NCBI GenBank assembly: GCA_035512495.1
Contig: DATKDW010000052.1
Coordinates: 5,256 to 69,255 of the forward strand
Length of the DNA stretch: 64,000 bases
Reading direction: 5' to 3'
DNA from: Acidimicrobiales bacterium
GTDB taxonomy: Bacteria; Actinomycetota; Acidimicrobiia; Acidimicrobiales; CADCSY01
A model generated the notes under the pieces. It made no database searches and was not told where the DNA came from. It saw nothing but the letters and a program-made list of their open reading frames with translations. This document shows positions 37,509-46,041 of this stretch, one piece after another; position 1 is the stretch's first letter; each line of letters starts with the position of its first letter. The position numbers and the translations under genes were made by a program.

Positions 37509-38882
37509 CTACGCGCCGGCGCTGGGGGCGATGTTCGGGTTCAGGTGGAAGATGTTGTCGGGGTCGTAGCGGCGCTTCAGCTCAACCAGGCGCTCCCAGC
37601 ACGGGCCGTAGGCGGCGCGCACTCGGTCGGTTTCGTCGTCGCCCAGGTAGTTCATGTACACGGAGTCGGCCATGTACGGCGCGAGCTCTTGGAACGTCTC
37701 GCGCACCCAGGCGATGTTGGCCTCGTCGCCGCCCGGGTCGGGCCAGACGCCTGCCATCACGAGGTTGTAGCCCGGTTCGCGATGCGGGAACGCGGTGGCG
37801 GTGGCCGGCACGCGGCTGACCGCGCCGTGTAAGTGCTCGATGACCATGCCGGTCATGATCGACGGTGTCTTCTCGAACGCCTCGGCCATTAGGGCGACTG
37901 TGTCAGAGGAGATGTCCTTGAAGAACGCGGACTTCCAGTAGTTGCGGGCGCCCTTCGGGAAGCCGTCGTCGAGCAGCGTGTTCTGCACGGGATATGGGAG
38001 GGGCCCGAGCATGTCCATCAGTGGCGTGGCCGCGGAGCGGAGAGCGTTCGCCGCCTTCTCACCCTCCTCGAGATCGCCGCAGTGGCACATGGCCATGGCA
38101 GCGATCTTGTGACCGGACCCGTCGGGGGCGTGAGTCATCGCCATCACCATGACCAGCTCGTCGGGGTTCTCGGCCGAGAACTCTCCGAAGAACTCCCACA
38201 CCTTCGGTGCGTCGGCGAGCGCAAACGCGATGAGGCCGCCATAAACCATGGACACCGGGTGTGCGTCGTACTCGAACGAGGACGCCACACCGAAGTTACC
38301 GCCGCCGCCCCGGACCGCCCAGTAGAGGTCGGCGTCTTCCACGGCGCTCGCGGTGCGGATGTCTCCTTCGGCCGTGATGAGCTCGACCGATCGGACGTTG
38401 TCGACGGCCATGCCGTACTTGCCCATCAGCCACCCGAGGCCGCCGCCCAACGTGAGCCCAGCGATGCCGGTCGTCGAGATCATGCCTCCGGTCGTGGCCA
38501 ACCCGTAAGCGTGGGTGGCCCGGTTGTACTCGTTCCACGTGAGTCCGGCCTGGGCGCGAACTGTGCGGCTCTTCGGGTCGACATGGAGCCCCTTCATCGG
38601 TTGCACGTCGATCATCAGCCCGCCTTCGGTGACGGCTCGGCCCGCAACGTTGTGACCGCCCCCGCGGCTCGAGATCTCGAGATCATGCTCGCGGGCGAAC
38701 TTCACCGCATCGGCGATGTCGGCGGTGTTCTGGCAGCGCACGATCAGCGAGGGTCGCTTGTCGATCAATCCGTTGTGGACCTGCCGGACGTCGTCATAGG
38801 CCACGTCGGAGGCGGTCAGCACCTGACCGGAAAGCCCAGCCCGGAGCTGGTCGAGTGACTCCTGAGGAATCGATCCACTCAT
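37509..38882 (-). CDS. FAD-binding oxidoreductase (PCMH-type FAD domain with C-terminal BBE-like domain)
   Basis: 'PSLIVRCQNTADIADAVKFAREHDLEISSRGGGHNVAGRAV...' and C-terminal 'YMNYLGDDE...RLVELKRRYDPDNIFHLNPNI'. Confidence 0.88.
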   Translation of the reverse strand: MSGSIPQESLDQLRAGLSGQVLTASDVAYDDVRQVHNGLIDKRPSLIVRCQNTADIADAVKFAREHDLEISSRGGGHNVAGRAVTEGGLMIDVQPMKGLHVDPKSRTVRAQAGLTWNEYNRATHAYGLATTGGMISTTGIAGLTLGGGLGWLMGKYGMAVDNVRSVELITAEGDIRTASAVEDADLYWAVRGGGGNFGVASSFEYDAHPVSMVYGGLIAFALADAPKVWEFFGEFSAENPDELVMVMAMTHAPDGSGHKIAAMAMCHCGDLEEGEKAANALRSAATPLMDMLGPLPYPVQNTLLDDGFPKGARNYWKSAFFKDISSDTVALMAEAFEKTPSIMTGMVIEHLHGAVSRVPATATAFPHREPGYNLVMAGVWPDPGGDEANIAWVRETFQELAPYMADSVYMNYLGDDETDRVRAAYGPCWERLVELKRRYDPDNIFHLNPNIAPSAGA

Positions 38883-39263
38883 GACGTATCTGCCCCCATA
38901 TAAGTTTGGCTCGGGTCCCCCACAGACGCGGTGTTCCCGTCTCCGGAGGAGGACCGTGCGTTACAACCGTTACACCCTGAACCCTAACGCTGTGCGTCTT
39001 GCGACGCGGCCGGGCGTGTAGCCCACCGTCGACGACGGTCCCGGCGGAGCCTGCCCTCTGTCGACCACTCACAATCGCCCGCTCTCGCAGATCCGTCGTG
39101 AGATGCGGCCCGTTGACTGCAGCCTGACGCGACCCATCTCGAAGCGCAACACATCCAGACATGGGACACCGACGCCTTCGGTGAGGTAAGTCCGCGCGAT
39201 TGCCGGCTCGCGCGCTTCCAAGGCCAGCGCGACTGAATGATCGGACCTCAGCGCCGCTCCTTG

Positions 39264-39308
39264 GCGCGTATCCAGGCGCGTATCCCTGTGCTACAAGGTG
39301 TATCGGGA
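39264..39308 (+). promoter_or_regulatory. arm-type repeats next to attR
   Basis: GCGCGTATCC occurs twice (39264 and 39276). AGGTGTATCGGGA at 39296 is the reverse complement of the GATACACCT units next to attL. Confidence 0.4.
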
Positions 39309-39385
39309 AGGACAGGATGGACGAGCGAGCAGACGAAAGCGCAGGTCAGAGCACTGCAGCGCTCTCGGTGGACGCTCCAGGGCCA

Positions 39386-39466
39386 ACTCTTAATCCGCAG
39401 GTTCTGGGTTCGAATCCCAGGGGGCGCACTCACCGACACTGCTCTGACCTGGGCTTGTGCTGGTCC
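39386..39466 (+). repeat. attR-type direct repeat (partial tRNA-Lys copy, not a functional tRNA)
   Basis: 80/81 identical to 29234-29314. The sequence 5' of it does not fold into a D arm or anticodon stem. Confidence 0.9.
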
Positions 39467-39502
39467 TGTGCAATGCGCCGATGCCTGACTCATGCTGGCC
39501 GT

Positions 39503-39607
39503 GTGCGGCGCATCTCGGTGGTGGGAAACTCAGGCTCGGGGAAGACGACCCTGGCGCGCTGCACAAGACCCGGCCCCCCCTCGGCAAACTCGGTGCCTAC
39601 TGGTTGA
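39503..39607 (+). pseudogene. remnant of a small P-loop NTPase gene (only the first ~19 codons are recognisable)
   Basis: GTG-initiated 'VRRISVVGNSGSGKTTLAR' is a typical N-terminus of small kinase-like ATPases. It is followed by non-protein-like sequence and an early stop. Confidence 0.35.
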
Positions 39608-39610
39608 CGG
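39571..39610 (+). repeat. left copy of an imperfect ~40-bp inverted repeat
   Basis: 'ccccctcggcaaactcggtgccTACtggttgacgg' versus the reverse complement of 40534-40575, 'ccccctcggcaaactcggtgccCGAtggttgacgg'. Confidence 0.7.
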
Positions 39611-39966
39611 TGAGACGAGTGGATGGTGCCGGGAAGCGGTGCACCCACGTCCCATCCTTGCGGTTGCGCTCCCGCATGGCCGCTCACGCGAACCTCTGTG
39701 CCCGCCGAACGTGACGGAACGGCCCATTGAGCGGATCTCCAGCGTCGTAGTCGTCGCCTCGGATAGCCCTCATGAACGCATCCGCCTGCATGGCGGTCGC
39801 CACAGCCCTTTCCCCCGGTGCGAGCCCGTGACCTGGTGCGCTCACGATTCGAGGGGCGCCAGCGGGAGCGTCCGAGAGGTCTTCAGCAGGACACGGCTTC
39901 CTAACCCGGACCGTTCAAAGGGCGCGCCTATCCGCTCGAGTCCTAAGCGAGCGAGGACCGGTCGCT

Positions 39967-40359
39967 CTAGCCCTCGAGGCGCTCCTTGAGAGCGACGAGG
40001 CCCTGATCGAACATCGGCTCCAGCGCAGGACCGATCTCATCGGGGGTCACCTCGGTGACCCACGTGACGGTCGACGACCCGTCGTTGTCGGCGACCTCCA
40101 TCGTGGCGCGGTGGCTATCGATCGGCATCGGTGCGGTGGTGATCGTGTACTCGAGCCGCCTGTTCGCGTCGTCGACGCTGGTGATCTCCTCCTCGAGGTC
40201 ACCACCGCCTTCCATCGTGCACTGCCGGTTGCCGTTGTCCAGCTTCTTCGATGCCGACAACGCCGGGAGCCAGTCGGCGATGTTGTAGACGTCGCCGACG
40301 ACGTTCCAGACCTCGCCCGGTGAACGGTCGATCTCGATGGTCTTCTCGATGCGTGCCAT
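39967..40359 (-). CDS. SRPBCC-family (polyketide cyclase/dehydrase-like) protein
   Basis: 'MARIEKTIEIDRSPGEVWNVVGDVYNIADWLPAL...RLEYTITTAPMPIDSHRATMEV' is a START/Bet v1-like pattern. Confidence 0.85.
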   Translation of the reverse strand: MARIEKTIEIDRSPGEVWNVVGDVYNIADWLPALSASKKLDNGNRQCTMEGGGDLEEEITSVDDANRRLEYTITTAPMPIDSHRATMEVADNDGSSTVTWVTEVTPDEIGPALEPMFDQGLVALKERLEG

Positions 40360-40533
40360 GGTGGCTTGCCCCCCTGTGTTTACGGTGCCCCGACGTTAGC
40401 CACTATCCGCGGACGAGGTGATCGGCTTCCTCAGCGTCCGCCGAACGGACATGGCGGCACATCACCGCTGCTCGTGAACCTGCCTCCTACGCGTCCCCCA
40501 TGCCACTTACTGCACGCCCTGGGGGGGCGTCTA

Positions 40534-40575
40534 CCGTCAACCATCGGGCACCGAGTTTGCCGAGGGGGCCCGGCC
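40534..40575 (-). repeat. right copy of the imperfect inverted repeat
   Basis: See 39571-39610. The two copies bracket the SRPBCC gene. Confidence 0.7.
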
Positions 40576-40650
40576 CATTCGCATCTCCACTTCGTGCTGC
40601 TGTGCTCGCGTGCGGAAGTCGACGCCTTTCTCGCCGCGGCCAATTGACGG

Positions 40651-41631
40651 TCACCGGGCCGGAGGGGTTCCGACGTGGTTGCGACGGCCAGGCGCGATCC
40701 GTGGCACGACTCGCAGGTACACCACGATGCCGAGGAGTTCGACCAGCGACTGGAACACCACGACCACCGCTGCCGCCGACCAGGGACCCGGGAGCGCCAG
40801 CGCGAGTGGTAGGACCACGAACGAGTTGCGGGTCCCGGCACTGAAGATCAGCGTGCGGGTGGCCGGCGGTTCCAGACGAGCGACCGCGGCGATCCCTCGG
40901 CCGAGAACGAGTGCTGCGACGAGGAACCCGAGATAGATCACGCCGACCCGTCCGAGGATCTCGACCGAGTCGGTCACGACCGACGCCTGAGACGCGGCGA
41001 TGAGGAAGACCACGGTCGCGACCAGCACCACCGGCAGCGCAGAGAGCCGCGGGAGCAGTCGACCCGTCGGCTCATGACGCTCCGCTCGTCGCTGCGTCAC
41101 CCATGCGGCGACGAGCGGGACGACGATGAGGGTGACGAAGACGGTCACCGCAGTGCGAAGTCCGGTGAGCTCTCCGAAGGACTCCCCGACCAGCACGCGC
41201 ACGTACACCGGCAGCAGGAACAGCTGCACGGCGAGCAGGACCGGGGTCACCGCGAGGGCCCGTCTGGTGTCGCCGCCGCCCAGGTGGCTGAACGTGAGGA
41301 ACCAGTCGGTGCAGGGCATCACCAGGACCAGCACCACACCGAGACGTACCGCTGGATCGTCGGGGGCGAGCGGCAACAGTGCCCACACCACCACGGGCAG
41401 CACCGCGAAGTTGGTGACCAAGACGGTGATGACGAACCGCGCGTCGCGCACGACGCCGGGTACGTGCGCAAGCGGCATCTGGAGGAAGGTCACGTACAGG
41501 AGCAGACCGAGCGACGGCCACACCGCCACCTCCACGGCATCGCCGATGCTGGGAGCAGCGAGGCCCAGCGCAAGTCCTGCGGTGATCGCGCTCAGGTACA
41601 GCCAGACCTGATGTCGCTCCAGATGCTGCAT
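40651..41631 (-). CDS. ACR3 / bile-acid:sodium-symporter-fold transporter (arsenic-resistance-protein-like)
   Basis: About 10 TM segments. 'LYVTFLQMP', 'MPCTDWFLTF' and 'FSAGTRNSFVVLPLALAL' are typical of the SBF/ACR3-like fold. Substrate is not inferable. Confidence 0.7.
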   Translation of the reverse strand: MQHLERHQVWLYLSAITAGLALGLAAPSIGDAVEVAVWPSLGLLLYVTFLQMPLAHVPGVVRDARFVITVLVTNFAVLPVVVWALLPLAPDDPAVRLGVVLVLVMPCTDWFLTFSHLGGGDTRRALAVTPVLLAVQLFLLPVYVRVLVGESFGELTGLRTAVTVFVTLIVVPLVAAWVTQRRAERHEPTGRLLPRLSALPVVLVATVVFLIAASQASVVTDSVEILGRVGVIYLGFLVAALVLGRGIAAVARLEPPATRTLIFSAGTRNSFVVLPLALALPGPWSAAAVVVVFQSLVELLGIVVYLRVVPRIAPGRRNHVGTPPAR

Positions 41632-41748
41632 CGTTCCAGAGTGTCACCGCCCCGTGCCCGATCGGTATGCCGGCAGCTCAGCAGTCACGATGCGACTCTG
41701 ACCGCGCCGGGGCCGGCCCGCGCTCCCGGCCGGGGTCCCGTGCCCTGC

Positions 41749-41775
41749 ATGCCATGTCCGTGGCATACTCATGCC
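41749..41775 (+). promoter_or_regulatory. operator-like ATGCCA/TGGCAT repeats and leaderless-type -10 upstream of the antitoxin gene
   Basis: ATGCCA (41749-54) -N6- TGGCAT (41761-66) -N4- ATGCCA (41771-76). CATACT at 41764-41769 ends 7 nt before the A of the ATG at 41776. Confidence 0.35.
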
Positions 41776-42012
41776 ATGGCCCGGGAACGAGTGAGCACGA
41801 CCGTTGACGGAGATCTTCTCGCGGAGGCGCGGGCGCGCCAGGCGGGACTGAATGACTCCTCCCTGTTCGACGCGGCGCTTGCAGCTCTGGTCCGCGCAGG
41901 TCGCGCAGCCGAGATCGACGCCGCCTATGCCGCGTACGACGAACACCCACTCGCCGAAGCGGACGAGTGGGGCGATCTTGCATCCTTCCGGGACGCGAAT
42001 GCGGCCTCGTGA
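41776..42012 (+). CDS. type II antitoxin (ribbon-helix-helix / MazE-like)
   Basis: 'MARERVSTTVDGDLLAEARARQAGLNDSSLFDAAL' is an RHH-like N-terminus. The stop overlaps the toxin start (GTGA). Confidence 0.75.
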   Translation: MARERVSTTVDGDLLAEARARQAGLNDSSLFDAALAALVRAGRAAEIDAAYAAYDEHPLAEADEWGDLASFRDANAAS

Positions 42013-42338
42013 CCGGCGTTCCTGAGCGGGGCGAGGTCTGGTGGTGCGAGCTGCCGGATGTCGGTCGGCGGCCAGTCGTCGTGCTGTCCCGCGACGCGGC
42101 CATCCCACGACTGCACCGAGCGCTGGTCGGACCGTGCACCACGACGATTCGCGGCCTGCCGAGCGAGGTCGTTCTCGAGCCGGGCGACGACCCGGTGCCC
42201 CGTCGGTCTGCCGTCAACCTGGACTCGCTCGAGAGCGTCAGCATCGGCGTTCTCGTCGAGCGGCTCGGACGACTGAGTGACGACCGAATGGAAGAGGTCT
42301 GCGACGCCGTGGCCATTGCAGTCGATTGCCGACGCTGA
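42009..42338 (+). CDS. mazF: PemK/MazF-family endoribonuclease toxin
   Basis: 'PERGEVWWCELPDVGRRPVVVLSRDAAIPRL...TTIRGLPSEVVLEPGDDPVPRRSAVNLDSLESV' is the MazF/PemK signature. Confidence 0.85.
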   Translation: MTGVPERGEVWWCELPDVGRRPVVVLSRDAAIPRLHRALVGPCTTTIRGLPSEVVLEPGDDPVPRRSAVNLDSLESVSIGVLVERLGRLSDDRMEEVCDAVAIAVDCRR

Positions 42339-42475
42339 CGAGCCGCACCAACGGCCGGGGCTTGCGGCGACGAGCGGACCACGTCGCGATCGGGCAATCT
42401 CTACGGGTGGCAACCGCCACCATGGCGACGAGCGGGGGCGAGCGTGGTCGAGGTTCGCAGAGCCAGCACGGGTGT

Positions 42476-42775
42476 TTAGCGCTGAGGATGCTCACGTCGA
42501 TGGAGACGCGCCACAAGATGCAGAGCGAGCCGCACTACTACCTGCCCTTCATCGGTACCGACCCTGACCACCGGGGCAAAGGCCAGGGGACCGCTCTGCT
42601 CGCCGACATGTTGCTTCGTTGCGACGAAGAGGGCATGCCCGCGTATCTGGAATCGACGAGGATCGAGAACCGGGCGCTCTATCACCGCCACGGCTTCCAG
42701 GTCCTCGACGAAATGCACTGGCCCAGGGGCGGCCCCCCTTGGTGGCCGATGTGGCGAAAGCCTCGGGCCACCTGA
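42476..42775 (+). pseudogene. GNAT N-acetyltransferase, C-terminal fragment only
   Basis: 'METRHKMQSEPHYYLPFIGTDPDHRGKGQGTALLADMLLRCDEEGMPAYLESTRIENRALYHRHGFQV' covers motifs A/B only. I could not read the N-terminal ~100 aa of a normal GNAT in any frame upstream. Confidence 0.55.
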
Positions 42776-42864
42776 CCGACTTCTACGAAGCCGAGCTCAG
42801 CGGAGACTTCGACTGTGTCTGTTACCTACCACAGGCGCGGCCCGAGTCCCGTACCATCCCCTCC

Positions 42865-43854
42865 GTGAAGCTGCGCCGCTTGATCATCGCGTCCACGCTC
42901 GCTCTGGTCGCCGCCTGCTCCTCCGGTGGTGACGAGACTGATGTCGCGACCGTCGACTTCGGCGCCGCGCTCAGCGCTACGGCGGAGATCACCCACTACC
43001 GGCTGACCCAGTCGACGGGGCAGACCACCGACGTCGCCGCGCTGGGACTGTCGGGGTCGACCGAGCCCGACCCGGATCAGCCGACCGTGATCGGCCAGGT
43101 CACGCCCGAGCGTTCCTACGTGGAGATCGACTTCGACGCCGTGTTCGCCAGCTTCCCCGGAAGCGAGGCCGGCAAGATGCGGATCTGGTCCGACCCCGAG
43201 CGGGTCGTCATCGACACCACCGACCTCGGCGCAGCCTTCGCTGGTGTCGATGCCGGCCCGATGGAACCGGGGATCGGCTACGTCGACCTCACCAGAGTCG
43301 AGTCGGAGGCCTCGGACCTGGTGGCCGCGATCACAGGCGGGGGCATGCCCGACCTCACCGAACTGGCTACCTCGCTTCCCGCTGCGCTCTCCGGGGTCAC
43401 CGAGACCGAGACCGGCGTGTTCACGGGCGCCATCAGCCACGCCGATTTCCTCACCACGATGGGCCAGGACGTCGAGACGCTATCCCGCACGACCGCCGCA
43501 GGCCTCGCCCTCACCTTGGACGTTGACGTGAACGCGCTCACCCGCGTCTACGTCGACGCGTTCACGAACTCGGCGGCCGAGATGACCGTGGTGGTCGAAG
43601 GCGGCGTCGTCCGCGAGATCCGCGAGGTCTTCGACGTCACGGTCGTGTTCGATGCCATGCTGCGTGACGACTCCCTGTTCGACTCCGCAGCAGAACAGTC
43701 CGAGTTTGAGACGACGTTCGCCGACGCCGTGTGGATCATCGAGACCGTGATGACGTTCGAGCCGGACCCCGCGCTGGTGGTCGAACCGCTACCGGCGACC
43801 GACGACGACCGCACCGACGCCTGGGTCGAGTTCCTCCGCGGCGCCGGATTCTGA
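42865..43854 (+). CDS. hypothetical lipoprotein (329 aa)
   Basis: GTG start. Signal with lipobox 'LIIASTLALVAAC', acidic mature part. No family recognised. Confidence 0.7.
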   Translation: MKLRRLIIASTLALVAACSSGGDETDVATVDFGAALSATAEITHYRLTQSTGQTTDVAALGLSGSTEPDPDQPTVIGQVTPERSYVEIDFDAVFASFPGSEAGKMRIWSDPERVVIDTTDLGAAFAGVDAGPMEPGIGYVDLTRVESEASDLVAAITGGGMPDLTELATSLPAALSGVTETETGVFTGAISHADFLTTMGQDVETLSRTTAAGLALTLDVDVNALTRVYVDAFTNSAAEMTVVVEGGVVREIREVFDVTVVFDAMLRDDSLFDSAAEQSEFETTFADAVWIIETVMTFEPDPALVVEPLPATDDDRTDAWVEFLRGAGF

Positions 43855-43950
43855 TCGGAAGTCGTCGGGCCTGCCTGCTGATCGCGGGCGCTTCTGACCT
43901 TCACCGTGGCGGAGCGGCGCGTCGCTGGGCATCGGCACGTAGGGGCGGCA

Positions 43951-44391
43951 TCACGAGGGCGCGGGCGGTGACCACCGAGAGCCGTCAGTTCCTGGCAGGA
44001 CGGTGACTGCGATCTGCTCGTGATGGCACGCATCCAGGAGCGCCGGGTCAGAGGTTGCGAGCGGTCGGTCGATGCGTCGGGCGACTTCGGCTGCCATGCA
44101 GTCCGCCAGGCTGATCGGACAACGTGTTCGGTGGTAGCGGCGAGCACGGAAGCGGCCGGCCGCTGAGGCCACCTCGCCATCAATCACGACGGCGTCGTCA
44201 AGACCCAGCTGCGCGAGGTCAAGGCTGGCTTCCTCTTCATCGGCCCCTCCGAGCCGAACAAGGTGGTCGATCACCTCGGCGACTCCGACTGCCGTCAGTG
44301 CACCGCCGGCATGGATGAGATCCTCGACTTCGCCGGCAGCCGCTTCGTCCTTGAGGAACGCAAGTACCGCGTAGGCGTCGAGGATCGTCAA
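43951..44391 (-). CDS. vapC: PIN-domain ribonuclease toxin (VapC-like)
   Basis: 'ILDAYAVLAFL...AVGVAEVIDHL...ISLADCMAAEVA...LATSDPALLD' carries PIN acidic residues. The start overlaps the antitoxin stop. Confidence 0.85.
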   Translation of the reverse strand: MTILDAYAVLAFLKDEAAAGEVEDLIHAGGALTAVGVAEVIDHLVRLGGADEEEASLDLAQLGLDDAVVIDGEVASAAGRFRARRYHRTRCPISLADCMAAEVARRIDRPLATSDPALLDACHHEQIAVTVLPGTDGSRWSPPAPS

Positions 44392-44636
44392 CGACGGCTC
44401 GGTCGGTCGGTGTCCACTCGCCGCGAAGCCCGCCGGGCACGACTCGTTGCCGGTCCCTGCTTCGCGTACTTGCCACGCAGCTCTCCGACCGGTTCAGCTC
44501 CAACCGGTCGCATGACGACACGGTCGCCGAGGTCGACGACGAGGACCTGCCGAGTGTTCCACCGGGCTCTCGTCTCGGCCGGGATCGAGACTTGGCCGTT
44601 CCGGGACACCGTCATCACGTGCGAGGCCTCGCTCAT
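44388..44636 (-). CDS. vapB: AbrB/MazE/SpoVT-family antitoxin
   Basis: 'VMTVSRNGQVSIPAETRARWNTRQVLVVDLGDRVVMRP' is a swapped-hairpin AbrB fold. ATG 44636 chosen; ATG 44678 is also possible. Confidence 0.8.
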   Translation of the reverse strand: MSEASHVMTVSRNGQVSIPAETRARWNTRQVLVVDLGDRVVMRPVGAEPVGELRGKYAKQGPATSRARRASRRVDTDRPSRR

Positions 44637-44845
44637 CGCCTCATTGTACGCCACGCGTGCAGTGTTGTATGCGGCCATGCCGAGTGCTGCCGGCTTGCCG
44701 ACGACCACGCCGAGATCAGATGATCGCGAGCGCAGCCGAGGCGCGAGTGGATGATCGGAGCGGTCAGCTCCCGAAGCGGTCCCGCCTGGAGAGCTGTTGG
44801 TCAACGGCACCTCGGTACGGCGTCCAGCGCCGACCAGGAAGGCGC

Positions 44846-45886
44846 TTACGCAGTCAGGACGCGGTACGTCTCGTTCACGAGATCAGCTGCCCCACCGCTG
44901 GCCATCTGGTTCATGACGTACCCGATTCCGAGCCGACGCGACGCATCGCCCATACCGACGGAACCGCCCATGCCGGTGTGGCCGAATGTCGACGTGTTCA
45001 TTCCGGGGAAGAGCTTCCAGAACAGCTGATAGCCGAGCCCAAACTCGCCAGCCGGCCCGTCCCCGTTTAGCAGCGGCTGCTCCTGGATGGCGCCTTCGAT
45101 CGTCTTGGCTCGAAGCACCCGCACACCGTCCAGTTCACCCCCGCACGCGAGAGCGGCGTACACGCGTGCGAGGCCGTGGGCGGTGCCATGGCCTGTCGCA
45201 GCGCCGTCTCCAGCGGCACGCCACTCGCGGGTGTTCACCAAGTCGTCATCGCCGATGATCTCAGCGCATCGGGAATCGTGCTCAGGCCCGAAGGCCATCA
45301 TGAAGTCCGCACCGAGCGGCTCGGCGATCTCTTCGCGGAAGAACACATCGAGCGAGCGTCCGTCAATCCGCCGGACAATTTCCCCTATGAGATAGCCGAA
45401 GGTTCCCCCGTGATATTCACTGCGGGAGCCGGGCCTCCAGACCGGCGCCGACCGAGCGAGCGCTGTCGTGAGTATCTCCCAGTCGAACCGCTTGTCCGGC
45501 GGGTACGGCGCCGTCGTCCACGGGAGCCCGGCCTGATGGCTGAGCACCATCCGCACGGTGACCTGATCCTTGCCTTCCTGGGCGAATTCGGGCCAGTAGG
45601 TGGCGACGGCTTCGTCTACGTCAAGCAGACCACGGTCGACGAGCACTTGAGCGCACGTCGCCGTCATTCCCTTCGTTGCCGAATAGACGGTGGCGATGGT
45701 GTCGCGCTGCCACGCACAAGTCCGGTGCGCGTCCGCCCAGCCGCCCCACAGATCGACGACCTTGCGCCCGTCCACGTACACGCAGACTGCTGCGCCCACC
45801 TCGCTTCCCTTGAAGCTCCGCTCGAAGATCTCATACACCGACTCGAACGCAGGCTCGACGGTTCCATCGACGTGTCCCTCGCTCAC
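44846..45886 (-). CDS. serine hydrolase, beta-lactamase/esterase (class C-like) family
   Basis: 'VYSATKGMTA' (SxxK), 'YHGGTFGYLIGE' and 'FGHTGMGGS'. GTG 45886 is preceded by AGGAG. Confidence 0.85.
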   Translation of the reverse strand: MSEGHVDGTVEPAFESVYEIFERSFKGSEVGAAVCVYVDGRKVVDLWGGWADAHRTCAWQRDTIATVYSATKGMTATCAQVLVDRGLLDVDEAVATYWPEFAQEGKDQVTVRMVLSHQAGLPWTTAPYPPDKRFDWEILTTALARSAPVWRPGSRSEYHGGTFGYLIGEIVRRIDGRSLDVFFREEIAEPLGADFMMAFGPEHDSRCAEIIGDDDLVNTREWRAAGDGAATGHGTAHGLARVYAALACGGELDGVRVLRAKTIEGAIQEQPLLNGDGPAGEFGLGYQLFWKLFPGMNTSTFGHTGMGGSVGMGDASRRLGIGYVMNQMASGGAADLVNETYRVLTA

Positions 45887-46041
45887 AGCGATCTCGCTCC
45901 TGAGTCCTCGCACTGAGAACCTCGACGACCGGCATGAACAAGATTCTGCCACGCCGCAACCGAGCAGCACTCCGCATGCGTCAGAGCGTAAGTTTGGACG
46001 GTGAGCGGAGACGGGCCTTCCGCACCAGGGAGTCTCGCCCC

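Larger units (their letters stand above)
29234..39466. mobile_element. integrated genomic island / integrative element in tRNA-Lys (~10.2 kb)
   Basis: 81-bp direct repeats lie at both ends. A tyrosine integrase is next to the tRNA, with an excisionase-like gene, a TA pair and a decayed helicase inside. The interior looks lower in GC by eye. Confidence 0.85.

Noticed and set aside
38883-39385. About 500 bp without an assigned gene at the right inner end of the island. ORFs 38984-39169 (-) and 39200-39607 (+) are listed in the track.
   Set aside because: The translations are not protein-like (Cys/Trp/Arg-rich, no motifs). The region more plausibly holds the FAD-oxidase promoter and the attR arm sites. 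A degraded gene fragment cannot be excluded.
39386-39428. Possible second tRNA-Lys gene
   Set aside because: Only the anticodon loop to 3' end is present. The sequence 5' of it cannot form the D arm or a proper anticodon stem, so it is the attR half-site and not a gene.
42326-42487. Upstream extension of the GNAT ORF (149 aa as listed in the track)
   Set aside because: The first ~50 codons are Arg/Gly/Ser-rich and not GNAT-like. Only the C-terminal ~95 aa match the fold, so I treat the gene as a truncated fragment.
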